Below, piece after piece: positions 39,939 through 50,381 of a DNA stretch of 64,000 nucleotides. The stretch covers positions 32,001-96,000 of the forward strand of contig NZ_JAVZIN010000001.1 of the NCBI RefSeq assembly GCF_038871235.1, written 5' to 3'. The translations under genes and the position numbers were made by a program. Each line of letters starts with the position of its first letter. The first letter of the stretch is position 1. The notes below the pieces were generated by a model that made no database searches, was not told where the DNA came from, and saw nothing but the letters and a program-made list of their open reading frames with translations. This DNA comes from Candidatus Hadarchaeum sp. (GTDB lineage: Archaea > Hadarchaeota > Hadarchaeia > Hadarchaeales > Hadarchaeaceae).

Positions 39939-42164
39939 ATGGTGGCTAATCTTCTTGACGGTGTTGGCTTGCACATCAGTGAAGTATGCAAAAGATACGG
40001 ACTAGACGCTCAGATACCGCAGATATTAGAAAGGTCAGGCATTTCCACCCTTTATCCACCGCAGCGGGAGGCCGTGAAAAAGGGAGCCCTCGATGGCAAG
40101 AATCTAGTGATGGCGATACCAACCGCGGCCGGGAAGACTCTCATCGCTGAGTTGTGCATGCTCCGGTCGGCGCTGGGCGGTAGGGGCAAGTGTCTTTACA
40201 TCGTCCCACTGCGCGCCCTTGCCAGTGAAAAGTATGAAGACTTTAAGGAGAAATACGAGCCGCTGGGAATTAAGGTGGGCATAAGCACCGGTGATTTTGA
40301 TTTTGCCGATCCCAGACTGGCCAATTATGATATTCTTGTCGCCACCTCGGAGAAGGTGGATTCACTGTTGCGCCACCGGGCTAAGTGGCTGGCTGACGTC
40401 GTTTCCGTGGTGGTTTTGGATGAAGTTCATCTTATCGACGACCCGGGGCGAGGTCCAACGCTTGAGGTCCTGACGGCTAGGCTCAGACAGGTAAATCCCG
40501 ATGTCCAGATCTTAGCACTTTCCGCGACGGTGAAAAATGCCGACGAAATAGCTGAGTGGCTGGGGGCCGAGCTAGTCAGGAGTGAATGGCGCCCGGTCCC
40601 GCTCAAAAAAGGGATCTACTTTAAGGGAAAGATAGCGTTTGACGACGGAAGCAAACTTAAGCTGGAGGTTGGAGAAATGGACGACCTCACGGCACTAGCG
40701 ACCAGCACGGTGAGGGAAGGGGGTCAGTCTCTAGTCTTTGTCAACACCCGGCGCTCCGCCCAGGCCGCCGCCGCTCTGATTTCCGAAACCATAGCCACCT
40801 TACTCTCAGAGGAGGATAAGGAGAAGCTTGACGCCGTTGCCAAAACTGTGGAGAGCGCTCTAGGTGAACCCTCGCGGACCTGCCGAGAGCTGGCCAGCTG
40901 TGTCCGCAGGGGCGTTGCCTTCCACCACGCCGGCCTCCATCATGTGCAGAGAAAAGCTATCGAGGATGCCTTTAGGAAGAACTTAATCAAGGTGGTCTGC
41001 GCGACGCCCACCTTGGCCATGGGAGTCAACCTGCCCTCCCGCAGGACCATCGTTCGAGATTACCGTAGATATGTGGAACCATACGGTCAAGTTTTCATCC
41101 CCGTGCTGGAGTTTTACCAGATGGCGGGGAGAGCTGGCAGGCCCCAGTATGATAAGCATGGGGAGGCGGTCCTGATTGCGAAGAGCAAGAGCGAGGTCGA
41201 GGCACTTTTTGAAAAGTTCATCAAAGCCGAGCCGGAGCGGATTACCTCTAAGCTGGCAACAGAGCCCGCCCTTAGGACGCACGTTCTCGCCTCGATCGCG
41301 GCCGGATACGTGAGCGATGAAAACGCTTTGCTCGAATTCATGTCGAGAACTTTCTTCGCCCATCAGTACGGCGTGACTGATGTCGAGAGAGTGGTTCATC
41401 GCGTGCTTGATTTTCTTGATCGGGAGGGGATGATTAAACGGGAGGAAAAGTTGTTGCTCGCGACTGAGTTCGGGAGGCGGGTTTCCATGCTCTATATTGA
41501 TCCTCTTTCCGCGGTGATACTTCGCGACGGCCTTCGCGGGGCAATTTCCAAGGCGCCCACTGAGATCGGTCTGCTTCACCTAGTCTGCCATACTCCAGAT
41601 ATGGAGCTGTTGTACCTCAGGCAAGAAGATTATGCAGAAATGGAAGCATTTTTCTTGGAGCATGCGGACGATCTGCTGACGTCAATACCTGATGGACGGA
41701 GCGAGCCGGAAAAGTTTGAATCGTTGCTGGCGGAGTTAAAAACAGCGAGAATGCTTCAGTCTTGGATAAACGAGATGAAGGAGGATGACATTCACGAGAT
41801 GTTCGGCGTTGGTGCCGGTGATATCCGCCGGGCCGCCGATACCGCCAAGTGGTTGCTCTATTCAGCGCACGAGCTTTCCAGCCTTTTCAGGATCAAGGCG
41901 ACCCTGGCTCCACTGAGAAAGTTGGAGCAGCGGATCAAATATGGAATTAGGGAAGAACTTCTCGAGCTGGTGCAGTTGCGAGGAATCGGAAGAGTCCGAG
42001 GGCGAAGTCTGTTCCATGCCGGCTACCGCAAGCTCTCGGATATCGAGAGAGCAAGCGAGCAGGAACTGGCTCGCGTCCCCTACATCGGCACCGAAATTGC
42101 CCGCAGCATCAAGCGGCAAGTGGAACAGAAAATTGAACCAGAAATACCACAACCTGAAATTTAA
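39939..42164 (+). CDS. hel308: Ski2-like DNA helicase Hel308/Hjm
   Basis: PTAAGKT, DEVH, SAT, QMAGRAGRP and C-terminal HhH (GIGRVRGR). Confidence 0.95.
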   Translation: MVANLLDGVGLHISEVCKRYGLDAQIPQILERSGISTLYPPQREAVKKGALDGKNLVMAIPTAAGKTLIAELCMLRSALGGRGKCLYIVPLRALASEKYEDFKEKYEPLGIKVGISTGDFDFADPRLANYDILVATSEKVDSLLRHRAKWLADVVSVVVLDEVHLIDDPGRGPTLEVLTARLRQVNPDVQILALSATVKNADEIAEWLGAELVRSEWRPVPLKKGIYFKGKIAFDDGSKLKLEVGEMDDLTALATSTVREGGQSLVFVNTRRSAQAAAALISETIATLLSEEDKEKLDAVAKTVESALGEPSRTCRELASCVRRGVAFHHAGLHHVQRKAIEDAFRKNLIKVVCATPTLAMGVNLPSRRTIVRDYRRYVEPYGQVFIPVLEFYQMAGRAGRPQYDKHGEAVLIAKSKSEVEALFEKFIKAEPERITSKLATEPALRTHVLASIAAGYVSDENALLEFMSRTFFAHQYGVTDVERVVHRVLDFLDREGMIKREEKLLLATEFGRRVSMLYIDPLSAVILRDGLRGAISKAPTEIGLLHLVCHTPDMELLYLRQEDYAEMEAFFLEHADDLLTSIPDGRSEPEKFESLLAELKTARMLQSWINEMKEDDIHEMFGVGAGDIRRAADTAKWLLYSAHELSSLFRIKATLAPLRKLEQRIKYGIREELLELVQLRGIGRVRGRSLFHAGYRKLSDIERASEQELARVPYIGTEIARSIKRQVEQKIEPEIPQPEI

Positions 42165-42221
42165 TTTTCGGAAAAGTTTCAAGATAGAAAGACTATTAAT
42201 CAGCCTTTCCTATTTTATTTT

Positions 42222-43277
42222 ATGCGATCAAAATTTTTGAAAACCCCTACCCACCCGATAGAAGTTCAGCCCGGGCGCAGCATCAGCCATTTGACCGAAG
42301 GGCTGCTCGCGACCGGCTTCCAGGGCAGAAAGCTCGGCGAAGCCGTTGAAGTTTGGGCCAAGATGCTTCGGGAAAAACAGAACATAATTTGGCTAGGCTT
42401 AGCTGGGGCGATGGTCCCGGCGGGAATGAGGAAAGTAATCTCCTACCTGATTAAACGCCGCATGATCGATGTCTTGGTCTCAACCGGAGCCAACCTTTAC
42501 CACGATCTCCATGAAGCCAGGGGAAAGAGGCACTACGTTGGCAGCCACCTAGTCGACGATGTGAAGCTAAGAAAGCATTATGTGGATCGTATATACGATG
42601 TTTTCGCAGATGAAACCGAGTTTTACAGGACTGATCTCTGGATAGAAAAGGAATTCTGCCCCCACCTCTCTGATATGTATCGCTATTCCTCGCGTGAGAT
42701 AATCTATGAGCTGGGCAAGTTCCTCGACAGCTGGGGCGCGGAAAAGGATTCCATTATCCTGAGCGCTTACCACAGCGGTGTTCCGGTGTTCTGCCCGGCC
42801 CTGAACGACAGCTCGCTTGGCTTTTCCCTGATGTTTGCCAATAGAAGGCGCGGGAGGAGAATAATACTGGACTCCCTCAAAGACGTCGACGAGAGTTCAA
42901 GGATAACTGAAGTGGCTGGCACGACCTCGGTTGTCTACATTGGTGGGGGCGTGCCCAAGAACTTCATCCAGCAGACGGCGGTGATAGCGGGTTATCAGAC
43001 GCGTCATGACCGAAGCCACAAATATGCCCTGCAGATATCGATGGATGCGCCGATGTGGGGTGGGCTGTCAGGATGCACTTTTGAAGAGGCGCAGTCATGG
43101 GGCAAAATTGATCTCCGCGCCAAGAAAGTGATGTGCTACGCCGACGCCACCATAGCGCTGCCAATAGTCGCACATGCGCTCGGGGAGAAGTTCAAGAAAC
43201 TAAGAAGGGATGTCCCGGTCTTCGAGTGGGGTAGAAATGGCACCCTGACGATAAAGTACGAGAAGAGGTCGCTTTAA
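42222..43277 (+). CDS. dys: Deoxyhypusine synthase
   Basis: GFQG, STGAN, GGGVPKN and SGCTFEEAQSWGK with the active lysine. Confidence 0.92.
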   Translation: MRSKFLKTPTHPIEVQPGRSISHLTEGLLATGFQGRKLGEAVEVWAKMLREKQNIIWLGLAGAMVPAGMRKVISYLIKRRMIDVLVSTGANLYHDLHEARGKRHYVGSHLVDDVKLRKHYVDRIYDVFADETEFYRTDLWIEKEFCPHLSDMYRYSSREIIYELGKFLDSWGAEKDSIILSAYHSGVPVFCPALNDSSLGFSLMFANRRRGRRIILDSLKDVDESSRITEVAGTTSVVYIGGGVPKNFIQQTAVIAGYQTRHDRSHKYALQISMDAPMWGGLSGCTFEEAQSWGKIDLRAKKVMCYADATIALPIVAHALGEKFKKLRRDVPVFEWGRNGTLTIKYEKRSL

Positions 43278-43289
43278 ACCAAATAACGT

Positions 43290-43880
43290 TTAATCAATCC
43301 TGAGGACGTGAACCCTTCCATTTTTTATTTCTACGTCGGCTAGAGTTTTAACGTCCAATCCGGTTTCTCGTTTTACCCTCTCCGGGCCCTGACCGCGGTT
43401 CATCACTATGATCACGTCTTTAACGATTACACCAACCTTCTTCAATCCTTGAATGACCCCGGAAACGGTGCCGCCAGTTGACATGACGTCGTCTATTATT
43501 ATCACGCGATCGCCCTTTCTGACCGAGTTAATGTAGAATTTCTGCACCGTTTCCTTCCCGGCAATTTTGCGGTAGCTCTTTTTTACCTCAACTTCGATTT
43601 CCCCAGGCAGGTTGAACTTCTTCTTTCTGACGATAATTATTGGCACCTTGGTCATCGTGGCCACCAAGGCCGAGACATGTATGCCCATAGCCTCGATTGT
43701 TACTATCCTATCCACGTTGAAATCGGCTCTTTCAACTATTCGCTGGGCGATTTCCATCAAGAGTTCCGGCTTTAGGGGCGGTGCGACCCCCTGCGTTGGG
43801 TTCACGAAGTACTCATATTTGCCCATTTTGACGACGATAGCATTTTCCAGCGCTTCCTTGAGAAGAGGTAATTTGGTCAT
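43290..43880 (-). CDS. Purine phosphoribosyltransferase (Hpt/Apt type)
   Basis: EAMGI and the PRPP loop IIDDVMSTGGT. Confidence 0.9.
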   Translation of the reverse strand: MTKLPLLKEALENAIVVKMGKYEYFVNPTQGVAPPLKPELLMEIAQRIVERADFNVDRIVTIEAMGIHVSALVATMTKVPIIIVRKKKFNLPGEIEVEVKKSYRKIAGKETVQKFYINSVRKGDRVIIIDDVMSTGGTVSGVIQGLKKVGVIVKDVIIVMNRGQGPERVKRETGLDVKTLADVEIKNGRVHVLRID

Positions 43881-43899
43881 TTCACCTACCAGAACATTT

Positions 43900-44835
43900 T
43901 TACTCGAACTCTATAGTGGCTGGAGGCTTGCCGGTTAGATCATAGAGGACATGAGTAACAGAAGGATTTTCTTCCCTTATCCTCCGCTCGATCCGGCGCA
44001 GTATTTTCCAAGGCAAGGCCACGGGCTCAGCAGTCATGGCGTCCTTTGATTTCACCGCCCGGACAACTACGATTTCACCATATTTTCTCTTGAGATCCTT
44101 GGTGACTCCCGTGGCCCGGTCTTGAAGCAGCACTGCAAAAGCCTGGAAGCAGGGAATGTTTTTCGTTTCCTCTTCAACCACCTTGGTGGCCCTCCGGACC
44201 AGCTCCACCCTTTCCGGAGTTACCTCGCCGATGACTCTAATGGAAAGTCCCGGACCAGGGAAGGGTCTCCTCATTGACTCCGGCTTCATCCCAAGCGCCT
44301 TGGCGACGGCCCTCACCTCATGCTTGTAAATGTCCTTCAGGGGTTCAAGAATCTTCAACCCATATCTTTCCAACGGATGAACATTTATCTGCTCCAGAAC
44401 ATTGTGTTGAGTTTTCACCCCCGCCTTGGTTTCAACCACGTCGGCGGCAATGGTGCCTTGAATCATGAACTTGGCACCGAGCTCCTCAGATATTTTTCCT
44501 AGGGACCTGTAGAAAACCTCCCGGAAGGCTTTCCTTTTTTCCTCAGGGTCAATCAGTCCCTTCAGGGCTGCGAAGAAATCGTCCCAGAGGCGGTAGATCC
44601 TAGTATTTAGTCCCAGTTGCTTCAGGCGATTGTAGACCTGCTGTGGCTCACCGGCCCTCATCAGTCCGTCGTCCAGAAAAACCACCGTCAGTTTGTCACC
44701 GACGGCCATGTGTCCGAGCACCGCAGCAACCGTGCTGTCCACACCTCCGGAAACGGCAGCAAAGGCTTTTTCATCCCCAATCGTCTCCTTCAACCATTCA
44801 ACCTTTTCTCGAACAAATTTTTTGGCATCAAACAT
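43900..44835 (-). CDS. guaA: GMP synthase, ATP-pyrophosphatase subunit B
   Basis: SGGVDS, QGTI, KTQHNV, PFPGPGL and KPPATIEFE; no glutaminase domain. Confidence 0.93.
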   Translation of the reverse strand: MFDAKKFVREKVEWLKETIGDEKAFAAVSGGVDSTVAAVLGHMAVGDKLTVVFLDDGLMRAGEPQQVYNRLKQLGLNTRIYRLWDDFFAALKGLIDPEEKRKAFREVFYRSLGKISEELGAKFMIQGTIAADVVETKAGVKTQHNVLEQINVHPLERYGLKILEPLKDIYKHEVRAVAKALGMKPESMRRPFPGPGLSIRVIGEVTPERVELVRRATKVVEEETKNIPCFQAFAVLLQDRATGVTKDLKRKYGEIVVVRAVKSKDAMTAEPVALPWKILRRIERRIREENPSVTHVLYDLTGKPPATIEFE

Positions 44836-44966
44836 TCAACAACTCTCCTCGGTAATACACTGATAGGTTGAACTTCCATATTTTAGCCTTTGCTGTGGTG
44901 CCTTTCCAAGGCAAAAAACGATTTTCGCGGAAGAATTTTATCGTCTCGGTGGAGATCTTCAATTGA

Positions 44967-46115
44967 TTGTGCATGGATTTTTTCACGTCGAGACGCGGCT
45001 ATAAAAGCAGATGTGTGCTCTGCGGCCTAGAGGCCAATTACGTCTCGGAGACCTTGGGTGTGTGTCCTAGCTGTGTCCGCAACCGTTTTGATGAAGCTAG
45101 GCCTTACCTCGCCACGGCCCATGCCAAAATTCGGAAGAGATACGGGCTGCCGCCTGAGCCGCCAAGGGACAAGAACGGGATTGAATGCCGGGATTGCGGT
45201 AATCTCTGTAAGATACCCCGAGGAGGGAAGGGATTCTGCGGCATGGTAGAAAATTTTGAGGGTAAGTTGGTCAGGAGATTTGGAACACCTGAACGGGGAC
45301 TTCTGAGCTGGTACTACGATCCACTCCCAACCAACTGTGTACCGGCGGATTTTTGCGCCGGGTCTAGCGGAGCTGGTTATCCAAAGTGGTGTCGAACACC
45401 TCGTGGTGATATCGGTTACTACAACCTCTCCATCTTCATGGGCAGTTGCACCTACAGCTGCCTCTACTGTCAGAACTACGGCTACCGCGATCTGACCGTC
45501 ACCGGCTCCCCGACCATGAACGCGGCCCAGCTTGCAGAAAAGGCCGATGAAAGCGTCGGCTGTGTCTGTTACTTCGGCGGTGACCCCTCCAGCCAGATGC
45601 CCTTTGTGATCGCTTCGGCAGGGATGATGCGCGACGACGCTGAAAAGGAAGGACGCATCCTGAGGGTCTGTCTCGAGACCAACCTCAGCATGAACCATGA
45701 AACTCTGGAAAAGTTCACCGAACTATCCATTAACAGCGGCGGGGGAATAAAGGCGGATCTGAAATGCTGGTCGTCTGAAATCCTCTACGCGCTTTCCGGC
45801 ATCGAACACCGCGCGGCTTACGATAATTTCGTTTGGTTGGGGAAGCAGCATTCCCGGCGTCCTGAGGTGCCGCTCGCTCGTGCCAGCACCTTGCTTGTGC
45901 CAGGTTACATCGACGAAGAAGAGATTCGATCGCTGGCTTCATTTATAGCCAACCTTGATCCTACCATACCCTACTCGCTTCTTGCCTTTCACCCCCTTTA
46001 CCATATGGAGGACATGCCGTTAACCAAGAAGGAGGACGCTGAGAGGTTTCTCAAAATTTGCCGGGAGGAGGGCTTGCAAAGAGTCAGGATTGGGAATCCA
46101 TGGCTCTTGGTATAA
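44967..46115 (+). CDS. Radical SAM protein (PFL-activase-like/AmmeMemoRadiSam-related) with Cys-rich N-terminus
   Basis: CTYSCLYCQN motif, DPLPTNC, YFGGDP and ETN. Confidence 0.88.
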   Translation: MCMDFFTSRRGYKSRCVLCGLEANYVSETLGVCPSCVRNRFDEARPYLATAHAKIRKRYGLPPEPPRDKNGIECRDCGNLCKIPRGGKGFCGMVENFEGKLVRRFGTPERGLLSWYYDPLPTNCVPADFCAGSSGAGYPKWCRTPRGDIGYYNLSIFMGSCTYSCLYCQNYGYRDLTVTGSPTMNAAQLAEKADESVGCVCYFGGDPSSQMPFVIASAGMMRDDAEKEGRILRVCLETNLSMNHETLEKFTELSINSGGGIKADLKCWSSEILYALSGIEHRAAYDNFVWLGKQHSRRPEVPLARASTLLVPGYIDEEEIRSLASFIANLDPTIPYSLLAFHPLYHMEDMPLTKKEDAERFLKICREEGLQRVRIGNPWLLV

Positions 46116-46158
46116 CGAATGGAGTAGGCTTAAACATTCTCAAAGAGATTAAAAAACG

Positions 46159-46533
46159 ATGCCTATGGGGGCAAAAATTGAGCAGCTTATCTTGGAGATG
46201 CTTTCCCGCGAGCAAGAGGGGGGCTTGATCAAGACCAAGCTAGATACTGTCAGGGCGTTGATTCACTACCACGGTGCCATCTGGAAATCTGAACTTGTTC
46301 AGGAATTGACCCTGCAGGCCGCAGCAACCGGTTCTGAAGGGCCGGACATGGGGCAGCTCGACAAGGGGCTTCACGAACTGGAAAAATCAGGTATCGTGAA
46401 GATTAAAAAAGCGCTGAGGGCAACCCTGCAGTCCAGTAGTGGCGTGGAGGATGAACTGATCTCGATAGTTGACCTACACGCTGCCTACACGGCTCTGGCG
46501 AGGGACAAAAAGCTGGCCCTTCGCCGTTTTTGA
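46159..46533 (+). CDS. Hypothetical protein, possibly winged-helix
   Basis: 124 aa with an IWKSEL...LHELEKSGIV pattern. Confidence 0.6.
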   Translation: MPMGAKIEQLILEMLSREQEGGLIKTKLDTVRALIHYHGAIWKSELVQELTLQAAATGSEGPDMGQLDKGLHELEKSGIVKIKKALRATLQSSSGVEDELISIVDLHAAYTALARDKKLALRRF

Positions 46534-46802
46534 TGGCGGCCAAAGAAAATCTTCAGGGATTTAGGCTCTCCCTGCTTCGAAAACCTCCGATATAAGCACT
46601 CGGAAGTCATTTCTGCGGTCTTTGTGGGGTCTTCCTATCCCACCAGTAAGGATGCTTTTTATTCCGTTTTAAAAATTTCATACAGCACCAGTACAACTTG
46701 GGGCAAAGCCAGTTCAATTTTTTGTTTCAAAACTGGAAAATGAATTTCCCAACCGACCCCTAATTAATCATCCATGAGATATTGTTAATGGGGTGATAAC
46801 CA

Positions 46803-47537
46803 TTGGTAAGGAAAGTGATTGGGGCAGTCTTGGTCGTCGTGGGCGCTTCTGTGCTGGTGCTTGCTTCCTTATTTGCACAACTTTATCCTAAGCCAGCAGT
46901 TGAGCCGACCACGGAAAACGAGATTGGCGTAACGCTACCACCGCCACGTCTTGACAGCGACTTCTCAATCGAGAAAGCGCTGTTCTTGAGGAGATCGGTT
47001 AGGGAGTATACCGGTGAACCGCTGAGCTTAAGTGAGGTCTCCCAGCTACTGTGGGCGGCGCAGGGAATAACGGATCCCCGCGGTTTTAGGACGGCGCCTT
47101 CTGCGGGCGGGCTTTACCCTCTTGAGGTTTACTTGGTGGCCGGAGATGTGGAGAACTTGGAGGCGGGTATTTACCGGTACCGGCCTCAGAGCCATGAGTT
47201 GGTCAAAATACAAACCGGTGATCTAAGAGAGGTGCTCTGCACGGCCGCGCTGGGACAGGCTTGGGTAAAAGAGGCCGCGATAGATATCGTTATCGTGGGA
47301 ATCTATGAGCGGACAACGGTGAAGTACGGTGACCGCGGAGTTCAATACGTACACCTGGAGGCAGGTCACGCGGCGCAGAACGTTTGCCTGCAGGCGACCG
47401 CGTTGGGGCTTGGCACGGTAACCGTCGGAGGTTTTTATGATGACCAAGTGCAGAAAGTCCTAATGGCCCCGGAGAATGAGAAACCGCTGTACGTGATGCC
47501 CGTGGGCAGACCTACTCGGGGTGGTGCGGGGGAATAG
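46803..47537 (+). CDS. SagB/ThcOx-family nitroreductase-like protein with N-terminal TM/signal segment
   Basis: RRSVR, LLWAAQG, RTAPSAGGLYP and EAGHAAQN. Confidence 0.9.
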   Translation: MVRKVIGAVLVVVGASVLVLASLFAQLYPKPAVEPTTENEIGVTLPPPRLDSDFSIEKALFLRRSVREYTGEPLSLSEVSQLLWAAQGITDPRGFRTAPSAGGLYPLEVYLVAGDVENLEAGIYRYRPQSHELVKIQTGDLREVLCTAALGQAWVKEAAIDIVIVGIYERTTVKYGDRGVQYVHLEAGHAAQNVCLQATALGLGTVTVGGFYDDQVQKVLMAPENEKPLYVMPVGRPTRGGAGE

Positions 47538-50252
47538 GTTTATACTATCGTTTGAAGCTACTGAAACCACGCAGTGCTGAAATAGGGCAAGAAAGGGGGA
47601 TTTTTAGCGCCCGCTGCTGGCTGCGATTTTGGGATCTCACCAGTGTGGACATTCGAGTTCTGCCTTTTCACAGACCAAGCTTTCTGAACACATAGTACTT
47701 TGGGAAATCGATGGCTAACGTGAACGCGGCAGAGAATACCAAGACAAAAGCAACCTCCAGTGCCGTGACGGGCGGGATGATTAATCCATACACGCCCAAC
47801 AGCGCAAATCCAGCTGTTGCACCGATGCTGGAAATGAGAAGCTCCCTGCCGGGTCTTGAGTGCCAGAAGTGCCCTCTTTCTCTCACGATGTAAACTCTGA
47901 ACACACTTGTGAACACGAGAGCCAACATAACAAGGGTCTGTAGAGCGGCCGGCGGCAAGCGGAAATAACTCGTGCCGACAAACACAATTATGCCACCTTC
48001 TATTACGAGTAAGAGCCCAACCAAAAGAGACGCTAGGAAGATGTTCTTAACATTCCACAGATTCGGGCTGATCGTGCTCTTGGAGTTGTCCGTCGCAAGC
48101 GACATCGTCACGAAGTCGTTTGCGAATATCAGCAAAACCATGCCCAATGCGGTGAGCAAAAAATCGTGTAACCAGAAGAAGCCCAAGACCAGCAATCCTA
48201 TGAATTGAATCACCTTGCTGATCTTGTTCAGCACCCACGTGAGCATGCGCTGGTAGATCTGCCTGCTGGTCTTTGTCGCGTCGATTATTCCTTTCATTCC
48301 CGGTTCGGTCAGGACTATGCTCGACGAGACCTTTGCCACGTCGGTAGAGTTGCTCACCGCTATGCCGACTTCGGCCTGCTTCAATGCGGGGGAATCGTTC
48401 ACACCGTCGCCGGTCATCCCGACAACGTAGCCTTTGGATTGCAGGAGCCTGACGATTCTATACTTGTCCTCGGGATATATCTCAGCGAAGCCATCGTATT
48501 CCTCTATGATTTTTGACTGCTCTTCTTCACTTAGTCCTCTCAGATCAGGCATTCGGACGATCTTGTCCCCAATGGAAACCTGCCGAGCTACCTCCTTGGC
48601 TATCGCGATGTTATCCCCGGTCAGCATCTTCACCGCTATGCCTAGCCCTTTTAGCTCCTCTATGATTTCTTTTGAATCGGGCCTTGGAGGGTCGGCCAGC
48701 GGCAGCAGACCCACGAGCTGAAGATTGTCGAAGTCGGCTCCTCGGGACCTAGCTACCGCTAGAGTTCTGTAACCCTTTGAAGACAACTCAAGCACGAGTG
48801 GATCAATTTTACTGCAGGACTCTGGATCCGTCTCTTGACATAGTGATGCTATCACTTGCGGGGCACCCTTGACCACTTTGAAGCGATGCCCTTCATGTTC
48901 GACTATCGCCTCCGATCTCTTCGTTGTCGGGTCAAAAGGCGTGAACGAAATCTGCTTGTATCTGGTCATCTCGGCGCCAACAGATTTTGCGTGCTCGATG
49001 ACGGTGATGTCTATGAGGTCTCCAGTTTCAGCTCTGGATGCCAGGCTTGCCATGAGCGCAACGTCATCTTTCTTGAATTCCGAGAAAGGCATGCAATCGA
49101 AAACTGATAGCTTGTTCTGAGTGATTGTCCCCGTTTTGTCCAGGCACAGTACCTCCATGGATGCCGCGTCTTCGATTGAACTAAGCTTGGTCACGAGGAT
49201 CTTCTTCTTTGATAGTTCAATTGCGCCCGCCGCGAGGACCACCGCGAAAACGGCCGGCAACGCCACCGGGACCGCTCCCATCAGGAAAACTAATGTGAAT
49301 GTCAGTATCATCATAATGTCTGTATGCAATAGGGCAGCGTACGCGACAACTAGAATCAGCGCAGCCACGCCGACGTACATGCTGTACTTTACGACGGCCA
49401 TCATTACTTGCTGCTGATGGGACTTGGGCCCGGCTGTCCTCACTAGTTCTGCGGTCCTGCCAAAGTACGTTTTCGCTCCGGTGGCGATTACGACGCACTT
49501 CGCGTCCCCACTTTTTACTATGGAGCTGGAGTATACGATGTCGGACTTGCGAGCCTTTACTGGTAGAGATTCCCCAGTAAGGGCTGATTGATCCAGAGTA
49601 ACTTCATCATCGCTTATTATTTTGGCGTCAGCTGGCACCAAGTCGCCGAGACCAATGGCGATTACGTCCCCAGGGACTAGCTCCCTTGCAGGGATTGTCA
49701 CTAACTTACCATCTCGCATGACTTTTGCCTTGACCGCTAACCGCTGCTTCAACAGTTCCAGCGCTTTTCGAGAACTGCGAGAATGCCAGAATCCTATCAA
49801 CGCGTTTATCGTGAGCAGCGAGAATATCACCAAGAACTCGAGATAATGAGCAGAAATGTACGAAAGCACCATAGCAAATTCCAATAGCCAAGGCATAGGT
49901 CCCCAGTAGCGAGACAGAAAGTCCAAGGCGGGGCTTCTCTCCTTTTCCATCACCTCGTTGAATCCGAATTTGTTTAACCTTTCATTGGCCTGGGCACCGG
50001 TGAGGCCGTTAGCCGAAGTCTCTAATAGGCGTATTGTTTCTTCGACGGAGATGCTCTTGAAATCGGATGTTCCTGTGGGTTTCAAGAAATCATGCCCCCC
50101 ACTTTTTGTATTTCACCTGAAGAAGCCTTTGCAAAAGTTTGTCATAAAGCATTCGACTTCTAAAAATAGCCGTTGAGGCAAGGAATTACATGACTTTGCC
50201 TAAAATCTGCCTAAATCTTGCTCAGTTGGTCGTTGAAGAATGGTGCGGGGGA
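47522..50252. mobile_element. Putative integrated segment carrying the H+-ATPase gene, bounded by a 12-bp direct repeat of the tRNA-Leu 3' end
   Basis: TGGTGCGGGGGA at 47522-47533 and 50241-50252; no integrase inside. Confidence 0.5.
47668..50085 (-). CDS. Plasma-membrane-type proton-efflux P-type ATPase (P3A)
   Basis: WGPMPW, TGES, PVALP, DKTGT, KGAP, DPPR, TGD and GDGVND. Confidence 0.93.
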   Translation of the reverse strand: MKPTGTSDFKSISVEETIRLLETSANGLTGAQANERLNKFGFNEVMEKERSPALDFLSRYWGPMPWLLEFAMVLSYISAHYLEFLVIFSLLTINALIGFWHSRSSRKALELLKQRLAVKAKVMRDGKLVTIPARELVPGDVIAIGLGDLVPADAKIISDDEVTLDQSALTGESLPVKARKSDIVYSSSIVKSGDAKCVVIATGAKTYFGRTAELVRTAGPKSHQQQVMMAVVKYSMYVGVAALILVVAYAALLHTDIMMILTFTLVFLMGAVPVALPAVFAVVLAAGAIELSKKKILVTKLSSIEDAASMEVLCLDKTGTITQNKLSVFDCMPFSEFKKDDVALMASLASRAETGDLIDITVIEHAKSVGAEMTRYKQISFTPFDPTTKRSEAIVEHEGHRFKVVKGAPQVIASLCQETDPESCSKIDPLVLELSSKGYRTLAVARSRGADFDNLQLVGLLPLADPPRPDSKEIIEELKGLGIAVKMLTGDNIAIAKEVARQVSIGDKIVRMPDLRGLSEEEQSKIIEEYDGFAEIYPEDKYRIVRLLQSKGYVVGMTGDGVNDSPALKQAEVGIAVSNSTDVAKVSSSIVLTEPGMKGIIDATKTSRQIYQRMLTWVLNKISKVIQFIGLLVLGFFWLHDFLLTALGMVLLIFANDFVTMSLATDNSKSTISPNLWNVKNIFLASLLVGLLLVIEGGIIVFVGTSYFRLPPAALQTLVMLALVFTSVFRVYIVRERGHFWHSRPGRELLISSIGATAGFALLGVYGLIIPPVTALEVAFVLVFSAAFTLAIDFPKYYVFRKLGL

Positions 50253-50348
50253 GGGGATTTGAACCCCCGAACTCCTTCGAGACCAGCCCCTCAAGCTGGC
50301 GCCTTAGGCCGGCTTTTGAGACCATTGACCTGGCTAGGCTACCCCCGC
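50241..50348 (-). tRNA. tRNA-Leu(GAG) with a 20-nt intron at 21/22 (50305-50324)
   Basis: GCGGGGG/CCCCCGC acceptor stem, CCAGC-TTGAGGG-GCTGG arm, long variable arm, CCA; removing the BHB-like insert gives an 88-nt tRNA. Confidence 0.93.
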
Positions 50349-50381
50349 GCCAGCAGAATTATCGCGTTTGCCTTTTAAAAA

